Shown piece after piece: positions 36,957 through 46,623 of a DNA stretch of 64,000 bases. Numbering within the stretch: position 1 is the first letter of the stretch; each line of letters opens with the position of its first letter. Under the pieces are notes generated by a model. It was not told the DNA's origin. It was given only the letters and a program-made list of their open reading frames with translations, and searched no databases. Made by a program: the position numbers and the translations under genes. Source of the DNA: Candidatus Latescibacterota bacterium (GTDB lineage Bacteria; Latescibacterota; UBA2968; UBA8231); contig OZ242005.1 of assembly GCA_965204725.1 (NCBI GenBank), forward strand, positions 2,368,001-2,432,000. The letters are read 5' to 3'.

Positions 36957-39527
36957 ATGGTAGCTGACTCGATCGCCTATCGCCTAGGCATCCCCAGCTT
37001 GGTGTGGATCGGCACCCTGCTGGTCTTTCCCCTGCAGGTCTGGTCGCAACAGGGCTATGCCATCCGCGGGAATCAAGTCCTGATTAACCGAGCAACGCAC
37101 TGGCAGGCGTGGAAAGGGGCTTCGAGTATTCTCGACATTTCCACCGCCCGCAATACAGTGCGCCCCTCCTTTATGCGGAAAGAGGTCAACGCGGCTCAGG
37201 ACGCACCGCAATTTTCCATTACCGGCGCGGGGGGCGTTACAGCAGGCTCCGGCACCAATACGGCACTCAACCTGATCGATGGCGACCTACAGACCATGTG
37301 GAGCCCCGATCCCGAAAGCCCTCTACAGGATTGGTGGACCGAGGTCCATCTCGGCCGCGTGGTGGTCGTCAAAAAAATCGTCGTGCATTTTGCCCAAGAA
37401 GACGAGGGGGATCCCTTTCTACAGTTCAAGGTGCTGGGCTGGCGGCAACCCCCACCGCGCTCGGTCTTGGGCTACTATCTCGACGACCCCAAGACCAATG
37501 TCCCCAACTTCTGGGAAATCGGCCGAACCGACAAACCCAACAAGACCCAGCGCGTATTTGAGTTTGAACCCCGTCCGACCGAAGGATCGGATCAACTCTT
37601 CCGGGGCGATCCGCTAGAGCGCATTCTAATCATTGCCACCAGTAGTGATTCGACCAAGGCCGAGGAATTGACCCAACAGGAGTACGAGAATCTGCCGACC
37701 CAACAGCGAGGTACTATCGAATTTTACCGGAAGGAGCGGTCCGGCCGGGAAACTCTAATTTCACAAGAGGAATACGACCGCATCAATCCCGCCCGCCAAG
37801 GTCCGATCCGCTACTACCGGAGGGAAATTCCCAAGATCGCCGAGGTCGAAATCGTGACGGAGGGAGACAATATCAACATCGGCGTGGTAGAGCGGGGCGG
37901 CCAAGTGACGATCGAGACCAATGGCGGCGTTAGCGACATTGGGGCCACAGTTACCGACGCCAACTACAGCACGGGGGTTAATGGGTCCATTTTCGGCTAC
38001 CGCGACTATAACTACTTCGAGGATCTGGGCGCACTATTCTGGGTTGACACCATGCACTTTCTCACCGACGGGGCCTCGCCGATCAACGAACTGTACGTCG
38101 ATGTCTCCGACGGCACCCGGGCACCCGACGGCAGTATCAAATGGACTCGGGTGGGCCAAAGTACCTCTAGGGACGCTTTTGGCCACACCTCGTCCCGCGG
38201 CTTGCGATTTCGCGAAATCCAGATTGCGCCCACTAGGATCCGCTATATCCGCTCGCCGTTCCAAAATCCACTGAGTTCGCTCAGCTACATCGCCTTTACA
38301 GAAGTGATGCTCTACGGGGAGGGCTTTGTGGCGGAGGTATCGCTGACCTCGGACCTAATTCAATTCAGCGAGCCTAAGAACCTGATTTCCATCGAGTGGG
38401 AGGCGGATACACCGCCCGGAACCCAAGTCCAGCTACAGACGCGAACGGGCAATGAGTTGATAGAAGAGAAAATCCACCACGATTCCAATGGCAAGGTCGT
38501 CACGGCGAGTCGCTACAAAAAGCTGCCTAAGTCCAAAAAGGGCGATATCACCAGCACCTTCAAACCGGGCGACGACTGGAGCACGTGGAGTGTGCCGCAT
38601 ACTCAGTCCGGGGAAGCGATCAAATCCCCTAGTCCGAGGCAGTTTATGGAACTGCGGCTCATATTGCTCACGAACCGGTCGGACGCGGCCGCCACCCTCC
38701 GCTCCATTGCCGTCAATACCTCAGATCCCGTTGCGGATCGGCTGGTGGGAGAGATATGGCCCACCCGAATTGAGGCCGTGGGCACCCCGGAAGAATTCTC
38801 TTATTTCATCCGGCCCGATTTCACCGCGACCGCTCAGGGGTTCGACGAGATTCGCCTAGAAGGCACGGCGCGAACCGAGATGGAGTTGCTTGAAGTGCGG
38901 ACGGGAAGTAAGGACCACTTCAAAAACGGACAAACCACCAACTACACCCCAGCGGATCTGACGCTGCTCGATGCGCCAGCCGGTTCCCTCCAGTTTCGTT
39001 TGAGCGAGAAAATTGGCTTGGGAACAGACTTAGTTCAGGTCCGGTTTCGCGCCACCATATTCGGCAACAGTGCCTCCTTTAGAGCCTTAGTACAGAACTC
39101 CGCCGCACCCAACTTCTGGCAGCGAGTTGATGAGGGCGACCCCACGGAGTTGGTCGGTAGCCAGACCGTCACCGTCCTAGCACTCAGCGGCGACGAAATC
39201 ATCCGAGATTTCAGCCTAGAATCGCCTGTATTCACGCCCAATGGGGACGGCGTCAACGACGAGCTGCTAGTCCGCTTCGGCGTGGCGCGGGTGGGCACTG
39301 AGAGGCCGGTGACTCTGACCGTGTACGACCTGAGTGGGGTTGAGACCAGCCGGATAGAGGAACGCCGTCCAGACCCGCGCGGAAACTATATCTTTCGCTG
39401 GGATGGCAAGGATCACTTGGGCGAGCCGGTTCCTCCAGGGATATACTTGGCTAGGGTAAAAGTGGAGGTGGATTCTGGCTCGGCCGATAACACTTTTGTG
39501 CAGCGGGTGGTCCATGTAGCATACTGA
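36957..39527 (+). CDS. secreted VAY-family FlgD-Ig/CTD protein no.2 (two discoidin-like modules)
   Basis: Signal peptide, LIDGDLQTMW, EVMLYGEGFV, WSTWS, SPSPRQF, GEIWP, FTPNGDGVND; ends VHVAY. Confidence 0.85.
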   Translation: MVADSIAYRLGIPSLVWIGTLLVFPLQVWSQQGYAIRGNQVLINRATHWQAWKGASSILDISTARNTVRPSFMRKEVNAAQDAPQFSITGAGGVTAGSGTNTALNLIDGDLQTMWSPDPESPLQDWWTEVHLGRVVVVKKIVVHFAQEDEGDPFLQFKVLGWRQPPPRSVLGYYLDDPKTNVPNFWEIGRTDKPNKTQRVFEFEPRPTEGSDQLFRGDPLERILIIATSSDSTKAEELTQQEYENLPTQQRGTIEFYRKERSGRETLISQEEYDRINPARQGPIRYYRREIPKIAEVEIVTEGDNINIGVVERGGQVTIETNGGVSDIGATVTDANYSTGVNGSIFGYRDYNYFEDLGALFWVDTMHFLTDGASPINELYVDVSDGTRAPDGSIKWTRVGQSTSRDAFGHTSSRGLRFREIQIAPTRIRYIRSPFQNPLSSLSYIAFTEVMLYGEGFVAEVSLTSDLIQFSEPKNLISIEWEADTPPGTQVQLQTRTGNELIEEKIHHDSNGKVVTASRYKKLPKSKKGDITSTFKPGDDWSTWSVPHTQSGEAIKSPSPRQFMELRLILLTNRSDAAATLRSIAVNTSDPVADRLVGEIWPTRIEAVGTPEEFSYFIRPDFTATAQGFDEIRLEGTARTEMELLEVRTGSKDHFKNGQTTNYTPADLTLLDAPAGSLQFRLSEKIGLGTDLVQVRFRATIFGNSASFRALVQNSAAPNFWQRVDEGDPTELVGSQTVTVLALSGDEIIRDFSLESPVFTPNGDGVNDELLVRFGVARVGTERPVTLTVYDLSGVETSRIEERRPDPRGNYIFRWDGKDHLGEPVPPGIYLARVKVEVDSGSADNTFVQRVVHVAY

Positions 39528-39565
39528 GGGATGAGCAAGATCGGCGTCTAGAATTTGCGAGGAAA

Positions 39566-41467
39566 ATGTCAATGAGGACGGCTCCATTCTTTTGTGCCCT
39601 GATCTGGCTTTTCTGTTTTTGGGTCGGTTTTATGGCCGACGAGGCCGCTGGACTGGTCATTTTCCGCTTCGGCGGCCAAGCGCTGGAGCCGCCTCCAGAA
39701 GCAGGCCGCGACGAGGTGGAATTTATCCAGCTAAGCTGGACCGATCTCGACCCTTCCCTAGGCGGCGAGACGGTCGATCTGGCTATAGACGCCGAGGCCA
39801 TTCGGGCACTAAAACGAGATCCTACTTTCAATATAGCCCCCGGAGTTGAGGACAGAGGGGGAAGCCATGTCAGAAAGCAGACCAACGGGCAGGTATGGGA
39901 TGGGGACTCTAGCACTTTCTGGTTGGCGGAACGCTATCTATGCACCGAATTCGAGGAAAGGAATTACTTCCTTAGCTGTACCGACGATTTCGGCACCCCG
40001 GGCACCGCAAATCTCAACCTAGGGGGCCTTCATCTCATCGATCGAATTCGGGTGATATCCGGGCTGACCGACCCGAGCAGAATAGCACAGACCTTTCGCG
40101 TCCACCTCAACGAAGAGCAGCCCCGCCAAGCGGCGTACCTGCACCCCCGCCCCTACGCGCCTTGGCTCATCGAGGTGCGCGACAACCGCGAGCAAATCAT
40201 AGATATACCCATCCCGCCGCACGATAAAGTAAGTTTCGTTCAAGTCACTATCGGCGAGCACAACGAGGACTGGGAAGTAAACGAGATCGAAGTCTATGCC
40301 AAAGGCTTTGTCGAGCAGTCAACGTATATCTCCAATATCCTCGATTTTGGCCAGCCCATGGCCTGGGGCGACCTGCGCTGGGCAGGCCACCAAGACCCCA
40401 AAGCCCGCGTCCTCATCCAATCCCGAACCGGACACGACGACGACCCCGACCTGTTCTGGCGTTTCACCGGACGAGGCGACGAAAAAATACCCGTCAGCCG
40501 AGCCGACTACGCCAAGTTAGCGCGAGGCGAAAAAGCCGGCATCGGCTACGATCGCGCCAACTGGACATTCTGGTCGGCCCCTTACGCCTTTGCCGACAGC
40601 AACGGCACCCCCGTCGCCTCGCAGGGGCCCAGACACTATTTCCAACTCAAAGTAGATTTGCTGCCCCAAGACGACGATGGCGGTCACGTCAACTGGCTCG
40701 AAGTGCGCGCGTCCCCGCCGGTAGCCACGCAATTGGTCGGCGAGGTCTGGCCGGTCGAAGCCACCGTCGGCCAGCCGCAGCCGTTTACTTATGTGCTGCG
40801 TCCCACTATTGGCGGGGAGGGCGGCTTTGACCGGCTGGAGATGACCACGACGGCGCGGCTGGAGGCTGTAACAGGCGTCCGCATCGGCGATGAGCCGGTT
40901 GACTATGCCGTGGAAGTGCCCCAGCCCCACCGGGTAGTCGTGCGGATCCCGCGGCTGACCGCCGAGGATTCGGGCACTTTGGTCGAGGTCGGCTTCGACG
41001 CGGCCGTGTTGCGCTATGGCTCGACATTTTCCGTGCGGGTGTGGGACAGTGCCCAGCCGTTGGAAGTGCCCCAAAGTGTCCAAGAGGGCGATGCCAGTCC
41101 GGCATACGAGGCCAATCGGGTCTGGGTCGCCACCCGGGCGGAACATCAGGAGGTGTTGCAGTTGGCGGCCGGTCCGGTGGTCTTGACGCCCAACGGGGAT
41201 GGGGCCAACGACGGGGGGCGGCTGAGATACGACTTACTGGAACTGATAGAGTCGGCGTCCGTGTCGGTCGGGGTGTGGGATTTATCGGGTCGTCGGGTGC
41301 GTCGGGTGTATGCGGGCTGGGATGGAGTGGGTCTTTACGAACGGGTGTGGGATGGTCGGGACGAGGCGGGGCGGCTGGTGCCGCCGGGCTTGTACCTGTA
41401 CCGGGTCGCGGTCGAAGCCGACCGCCAAACGATCCAAGCGATAAAACCCATACACGTCGCCTATTAA
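39566..41467 (+). CDS. secreted VAY-family protein no.3, near-identical to no.1 over its C-terminal two-thirds
   Basis: Same architecture; ends IHVAY; DNA colinear with 28278-29578. Confidence 0.87.
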   Translation: MSMRTAPFFCALIWLFCFWVGFMADEAAGLVIFRFGGQALEPPPEAGRDEVEFIQLSWTDLDPSLGGETVDLAIDAEAIRALKRDPTFNIAPGVEDRGGSHVRKQTNGQVWDGDSSTFWLAERYLCTEFEERNYFLSCTDDFGTPGTANLNLGGLHLIDRIRVISGLTDPSRIAQTFRVHLNEEQPRQAAYLHPRPYAPWLIEVRDNREQIIDIPIPPHDKVSFVQVTIGEHNEDWEVNEIEVYAKGFVEQSTYISNILDFGQPMAWGDLRWAGHQDPKARVLIQSRTGHDDDPDLFWRFTGRGDEKIPVSRADYAKLARGEKAGIGYDRANWTFWSAPYAFADSNGTPVASQGPRHYFQLKVDLLPQDDDGGHVNWLEVRASPPVATQLVGEVWPVEATVGQPQPFTYVLRPTIGGEGGFDRLEMTTTARLEAVTGVRIGDEPVDYAVEVPQPHRVVVRIPRLTAEDSGTLVEVGFDAAVLRYGSTFSVRVWDSAQPLEVPQSVQEGDASPAYEANRVWVATRAEHQEVLQLAAGPVVLTPNGDGANDGGRLRYDLLELIESASVSVGVWDLSGRRVRRVYAGWDGVGLYERVWDGRDEAGRLVPPGLYLYRVAVEADRQTIQAIKPIHVAY

Positions 41468-41470
41468 AGG
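40170..41470 (+). repeat. ~1.3-kb direct repeat of 28278-29578
   Basis: Constant offset of 11892 nt with no net indel; scattered, mostly synonymous substitutions from 40273 onward. Confidence 0.92.
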
Positions 41471-41507
41471 ACGTTTTGTACAAATCCAATTGGAGGTGAA
41501 CTCTCCC

Positions 41508-43718
41508 GTGCAAGTGGATTTTAGTTTGAATTTACGCTCATACCTAATGATAGGGATGTTGCTCTGCGCCTACGGCGCGGTGGGTACAGGGGAAACCAAG
41601 GAATTGATCGTTCTCGGCGGCGAGGAAGGCCGGCCTTGGCAGGACGGTGGCGGCGGTATCGCTCCGGTGATCATCTTAGGTCCCCAAGAAATAACAAACG
41701 AAAACGTACCGGGCGGGATTATCGACTTTTCCGTGCAGGAGGGATGGATTTTTCCCGAAAAGGCCGACCAAACAGACAACATCGCCTTGCAACTGCTAGA
41801 CCGGGGCGGCTCCGTAACCGCGCCCACTGTTCTTACCGATCTGGGAAAAGATCTGTTGAAAATGATCGACAATGATGCCAATTCGGCCTTTGAAAGAAAA
41901 AGTTCCCCCGGTCAAAATGTCCGAGCGTTGGGCGTGGTATTCCAGTTCGATTTGGGGGCGCGCTTCGGCGTGAGTCGCATCCGCTTCTTCCCCAGAAACG
42001 CCGACCCAGACTTTCTCGCCCCTGATTTTCCCTTTCAGGACGATTATATGAGGGCTTATGAGATTTTTCTCAACGACGGTACGCGAGAAACACTCGCGGC
42101 CGGCTTGCCGGTATTTACCAGCGTTCTGCTCGTCCTGCAGAACGATCAGCCGGTGGTCGATGTGCAGATAGAGCCTCAGTACGTGCGCTACATCCAGCTA
42201 AAATCCCAGACTACAGTGGGCTTTGAAATAGGGGAGTTTCAAGTCTTTGGCGAAGGCTTCGTTCCCACAGCAACGTATCATTCGGATGTATTCGATCTGG
42301 GAGAAAATCTGGCCCTTTGGGGGCATCTGCGTTGGGAGGAAGCCAGCCAAGGCGACCCCATCCGCTCCCAAGTGCCCATCAGCACGCGGAGCGGCTTTGA
42401 CGATTCCCCGGTCGTGTTCAATCGCCTCCGCAGCGACCTCGACGGCGCCGAAGTGCCTTGGAAGACGGCCGAGGAGTTCGACGACGGCAGCCAAGCGCGG
42501 GAAATCGTCAGCCAGCTCGACTCACCCGATCTCGATATAAGGCAGGCTCGGCTATTCTACAAAGACCTGCCCCTCAACAGGAGAAATGAAATATCCCTGA
42601 CCCAAGCCGACTACAAAAAACTGCGGTCGGGCAACAAGGGTTCCGTGCGCGACGACCTAGCAAACTGGAGTGCTTGGTCGCCGCCCTATTCGGCCGAGGG
42701 CATAACGAGCGCCGATAACGTGTCGGCTGGGATGGCAGGAGTGCCAATCGTTTCGCCCGCTCCCCGGCGCTACTTTCAGTTCAAGGTGGATTATTTAAGC
42801 GAAGATCTCTTTTCAGCCAAAGGCATTGGTTCCCTGTCCTTCGATTTTTCCAGCCCGGTACTGGCCGCAGAAATCGTGGGCGAGATCACCCCGCGCCAAG
42901 CGGCTCTGGGGCAAACAACCGAGTTTTCCTTGGTGCTCGTTCCCAACATGCGGCCCGGCATCGATCAGGGCTTCCGTTCCCTCGAAATCAGCACCCCGGT
43001 AAAAGTGGACGCCGTACACCGGATTGGGATGACGCTACCGGATGGCTCGCGCCGCGAACAAAGTTTCTCGGCTTCCGACCTGCACGACCTGCCGGCCGAG
43101 CGCGGGGATTTCCGCATTGATTTGGTAGAGGACGACCGCTTCCAAATCAGTTTCCCCAAAGTGGAAACCAGCCGCATAGAAGCGGACCTTATGACTGTCC
43201 TAGACGTGGATTTCGAGTGCGTGGTGCTGCGGACGGGCACCGCCTTTTCCTCCTTGGCCCGGTCCGATACCCCCGGCGAAGTGCCGCAACGAGTGGTGGG
43301 AGGCAATGTCGTTGCCCTGATCCAAGCAGAGGCCGGGGCCAATGCTTCGCTCGTCCGCGACCCGGGCAATCTGGTGGTGCAAGTGGCAAAGAAAGGGGCC
43401 TTGCTAATCAACATCAACGCCGTGCCGTCGGTCTTTACGCCCAACGGGGATCAGATCAACGATACGGCCCAGATCCATTTTGATATAACCGATCTCATCA
43501 GCGGGGCCGATGTTGGGGTGCGGATATACGACTTGTCTGGCAGCATGGTGCGGGAAGTCTATCGGGGGATCGACCAGAGCGGCCGCTTTGCCAAGACGTG
43601 GAACGGCACGGATGGACGCGGAAAGACCGTGCCGCCCGGCCTCTACATTTTCAAAATTGACTTGGACACCGATGGCGGCAAGGCCGAGGCGAGCGGCCTC
43701 CTAGGCGTAGCCTATTGA
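41508..43718 (+). CDS. secreted VAY-family protein no.4
   Basis: FDLGARFGVSRIRFFPRN, QVFGEGFV, WSAWSPPY, SPAPRRYFQ, FTPNGDQIND; ends LGVAY; GGAGGTG RBS. Confidence 0.85.
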   Translation: MQVDFSLNLRSYLMIGMLLCAYGAVGTGETKELIVLGGEEGRPWQDGGGGIAPVIILGPQEITNENVPGGIIDFSVQEGWIFPEKADQTDNIALQLLDRGGSVTAPTVLTDLGKDLLKMIDNDANSAFERKSSPGQNVRALGVVFQFDLGARFGVSRIRFFPRNADPDFLAPDFPFQDDYMRAYEIFLNDGTRETLAAGLPVFTSVLLVLQNDQPVVDVQIEPQYVRYIQLKSQTTVGFEIGEFQVFGEGFVPTATYHSDVFDLGENLALWGHLRWEEASQGDPIRSQVPISTRSGFDDSPVVFNRLRSDLDGAEVPWKTAEEFDDGSQAREIVSQLDSPDLDIRQARLFYKDLPLNRRNEISLTQADYKKLRSGNKGSVRDDLANWSAWSPPYSAEGITSADNVSAGMAGVPIVSPAPRRYFQFKVDYLSEDLFSAKGIGSLSFDFSSPVLAAEIVGEITPRQAALGQTTEFSLVLVPNMRPGIDQGFRSLEISTPVKVDAVHRIGMTLPDGSRREQSFSASDLHDLPAERGDFRIDLVEDDRFQISFPKVETSRIEADLMTVLDVDFECVVLRTGTAFSSLARSDTPGEVPQRVVGGNVVALIQAEAGANASLVRDPGNLVVQVAKKGALLININAVPSVFTPNGDQINDTAQIHFDITDLISGADVGVRIYDLSGSMVREVYRGIDQSGRFAKTWNGTDGRGKTVPPGLYIFKIDLDTDGGKAEASGLLGVAY

Positions 43719-43777
43719 CGGCTGGACCGAGGTGTGGATTGCTTCTGAGCAGCGCTTGCTAACGAGGGGGATACCTG

Positions 43778-46573
43778 ATGGCAGATGCAGGGTACAGAGG
43801 GTACAGAGGATGGATAGCACTGTGGATGGCCGCGGCTTTGAGCACGACGGCTTTTGCCCAAGAGTACAACAACCGCCTCGGACAACAAAGGGGGGGCAAA
43901 GTAACCTTTGAACCCTTGGGACCCGGGGTGTTTTTCGATGCCCTTGATCCCACTGTGAAACGATGGTACGTCCCCCAAGAACTCTACCGCGATTACCGCT
44001 TCCAGACTTGGGAATACTCCAACTATGCCCGGGAGCCTTACGAGCGCTACGTCAACACCACTCGGGAAGGCGAATACTTCTACGACACATTCGGCAATTT
44101 CGTCAACCGGGGATGGCTCATCTACGACTGGCGTCAGGAAGCCTTGACGCCTTTGGGCAGCTCCATCTATCAGGATTCGAGGTATCTGGGTTGGTTCAAC
44201 CAAGTGTTGATCGCCACCGATTCAAAAGGCGGTGCGCTCTACTCCATAACCACGGGCGATCAGATCCGCACCACGCTCACCCCCATGACCTTTTCCAAGC
44301 CCGCATTCAACGGCATCCAGCTAGACTTTGCAACGGATAAATACGCCGGCACGGTCCTCCTGTCGAGGATCAGCAGCCCGGTCCGGTCGTCGGTCTCCAG
44401 TGCCGATACCCGGACCAACGCCACCAACATGATCGGCGGCCGTGCCCTAGCCCAAGTGGGCGATTTCGTCACCCTCGGCGCGACTTGGGTCAATGCCCAC
44501 AACACCCGTACCACGCTCGGTTCTTTCGACAGCAACCCCACCCGGGGCACCTTGGGCGACGGGCAGGCCAGAGTGCCAATCAACGCCATCGCGCTCGTGC
44601 TCAGCGATGATTCTCCCGCAGACGGGGAGGGAGGAACCGCGCTTTTTTCCCACGATTTAGTCGTGGTGCGCGAAGATTTTCAAAACGGCATCCGCGAAAC
44701 CCTCCGCCTCGCCGACCTGACCAACGATCCAACGCGCTGGCCCGTCATAGAGGGCGGTTTTCGGGAAGAAGGCTTTTTGGCGGCCAACGGCATTCAGCGG
44801 ATCATCCTCAACTACGACTTTAACGATCCGGCCTATATCGGCCCCGACCCGACTGAGATTGTAAAAGTGACCTTTGATCTGGTGCTGGCCAACGACTACA
44901 AAGTCGAGGTGTGGTCCGACCGTCAGACCGGGCAGGACTCCCCCCCTGAAGCCCCTCTGACCCGAGCGACCCTCGACGAGCGGAATCCGGTTTTGCTCGA
45001 GATCGCACGGGCACCCGACAACACCAAGGATGGCTCCAACCGGAGACGGCTAATTTTTGACTACGGCTTACCCACGGCCACGCAGATTTACGGCTTTACC
45101 ATTGAGGCCAAGGATGTCCTAGGATTCAACTTCTACGGCGAGTACGACATCAACCACAAATTCAGGCAGTACCCCAACTTGGCCTTGTTTACCGACGACC
45201 GTTCCTTTGCGGACGCTTCGACCCGAGCGGATGCTTGGATGATGAACCTCTCCTTTCAGGGGCATCCTTGGTTCTTCTTTGGGGAGGCTTTTTCCATGGA
45301 CCATGCCTACTCCACGAGTGCCTTCCTGCTCAACCAAAACGGCGATGTCAACTACGACCAGCCGGCCCAATTTCTCTACGAGTTCGTCGAGGACAACGAC
45401 GATCAGGACCGGCTGCCCGACTGGCAGCGAGGGGGTCAGCCGGGACCCGATTTTTCTATCTTCCCCGGTTGGGACGAAAACAACGATTTCGTCAGCGACT
45501 TCAACCAGAACGACAATCGGACCATCAGCAACCGCATCCCCGATTACGACGAGCCCTTTCTCCGGTACGCGGTGGATCGCCCCGAGTTTCTCTTTGGCAT
45601 TGACTTGAACAACAACGACTGGATCGACCGCTTTGAGAACGACGACGAGCCCGATTTCCCCTACAAGAGAGACCACAGAGGCTACAATGCCTATTCCGGC
45701 GTTCACATCCGCCCGGGCGTTAGGGTGAGTGTGGGGCAAACCCGCGAGGAACTGCTCTCGTCCGAGCGAGAGAATACGACCACTTATGGGCTGGTGACCG
45801 CGGATGAGGATTGGGCCGGCTTAGGGCGCTTGCGAGTATTCAACATGCTGAAAAAAGCCCAAGACGCCATTCCCGATGACCGCCGAGCACCCCAAGCATT
45901 TCTCTCGGCCGGCCTGCCCGTCAAGGTCGCCGATATGCTGCCCGCCCAAGATACTTGGGTGAATTCCCTGTTCATCGGCTTCGACTATACGCGGATTCCG
46001 CGGCTGACCATCCGCAATAAGATCAAATACGACCTGTACGTTCAGCGCAGCGATGATCTCCGGGCTTTGGACCGAAGTCCACTCCGCGATAGATCGTCCT
46101 TTTTCGGGCTGATCAACAAAGTGGATTATACCTACCGATTTGAAGGTCTGAGCATTCAGCCGCGTTTCAAAAGCCAGTACCTGAAGCGCACGCCGTTCCT
46201 GCGCCGCGAGGCAGAGATCGAGGAATGGGATGGGTTCGCGTCGGTGATTCTCAAATTCCCCATGCTGAGGCATTCGAGGATTGAAATGGGCGCGGAGTTT
46301 CGGCAGCTAAGAGAATTGCGGGCCGACGAAGCGGCCTTGGTCCAAGAGCAAGTATTAGGACCGACCGGCGATCTCAACGAGACCAATTTGGCCGTTCAGT
46401 GGTCAACCACGACGGATTACCTAGGGTACGTATTGCTGCTACAGACGGGATTCCGGCTCTCTAGGCGATCCTCAGAAACCATCGAGATGATAGATCTGGA
46501 GGTCGCCAAAAGGTCCACTATCGAGACCGGCACCACGACCTTCATAACCATCTACGCCGGAGTAGAACAGTAG
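43778..46573 (+). CDS. large secreted putative outer-membrane beta-barrel protein, paralogue A (931 aa)
   Basis: Signal peptide (AFA-Q), RWYVPQELY, RGWLIYDW, Asp/Asn-rich Ca-loop-like motifs, alternating amphipathic strands at the C-terminus (TTFITIYAG). Confidence 0.7.
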   Translation: MADAGYRGYRGWIALWMAAALSTTAFAQEYNNRLGQQRGGKVTFEPLGPGVFFDALDPTVKRWYVPQELYRDYRFQTWEYSNYAREPYERYVNTTREGEYFYDTFGNFVNRGWLIYDWRQEALTPLGSSIYQDSRYLGWFNQVLIATDSKGGALYSITTGDQIRTTLTPMTFSKPAFNGIQLDFATDKYAGTVLLSRISSPVRSSVSSADTRTNATNMIGGRALAQVGDFVTLGATWVNAHNTRTTLGSFDSNPTRGTLGDGQARVPINAIALVLSDDSPADGEGGTALFSHDLVVVREDFQNGIRETLRLADLTNDPTRWPVIEGGFREEGFLAANGIQRIILNYDFNDPAYIGPDPTEIVKVTFDLVLANDYKVEVWSDRQTGQDSPPEAPLTRATLDERNPVLLEIARAPDNTKDGSNRRRLIFDYGLPTATQIYGFTIEAKDVLGFNFYGEYDINHKFRQYPNLALFTDDRSFADASTRADAWMMNLSFQGHPWFFFGEAFSMDHAYSTSAFLLNQNGDVNYDQPAQFLYEFVEDNDDQDRLPDWQRGGQPGPDFSIFPGWDENNDFVSDFNQNDNRTISNRIPDYDEPFLRYAVDRPEFLFGIDLNNNDWIDRFENDDEPDFPYKRDHRGYNAYSGVHIRPGVRVSVGQTREELLSSERENTTTYGLVTADEDWAGLGRLRVFNMLKKAQDAIPDDRRAPQAFLSAGLPVKVADMLPAQDTWVNSLFIGFDYTRIPRLTIRNKIKYDLYVQRSDDLRALDRSPLRDRSSFFGLINKVDYTYRFEGLSIQPRFKSQYLKRTPFLRREAEIEEWDGFASVILKFPMLRHSRIEMGAEFRQLRELRADEAALVQEQVLGPTGDLNETNLAVQWSTTTDYLGYVLLLQTGFRLSRRSSETIEMIDLEVAKRSTIETGTTTFITIYAGVEQ

Positions 46574-46623
46574 ATGGCCGGCGAGAACTTTGCTTTGTGT
46601 ACTCCGTCCACTAGGAGGGACCC

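Noticed and set aside
28278-41470. Diversity-generating retroelement (TR/VR pair)
   Set aside because: The repeat is 1.3 kb, both copies are coding, mismatches include C/T and G/A changes rather than being adenine-specific, and there is no reverse transcriptase in the window.
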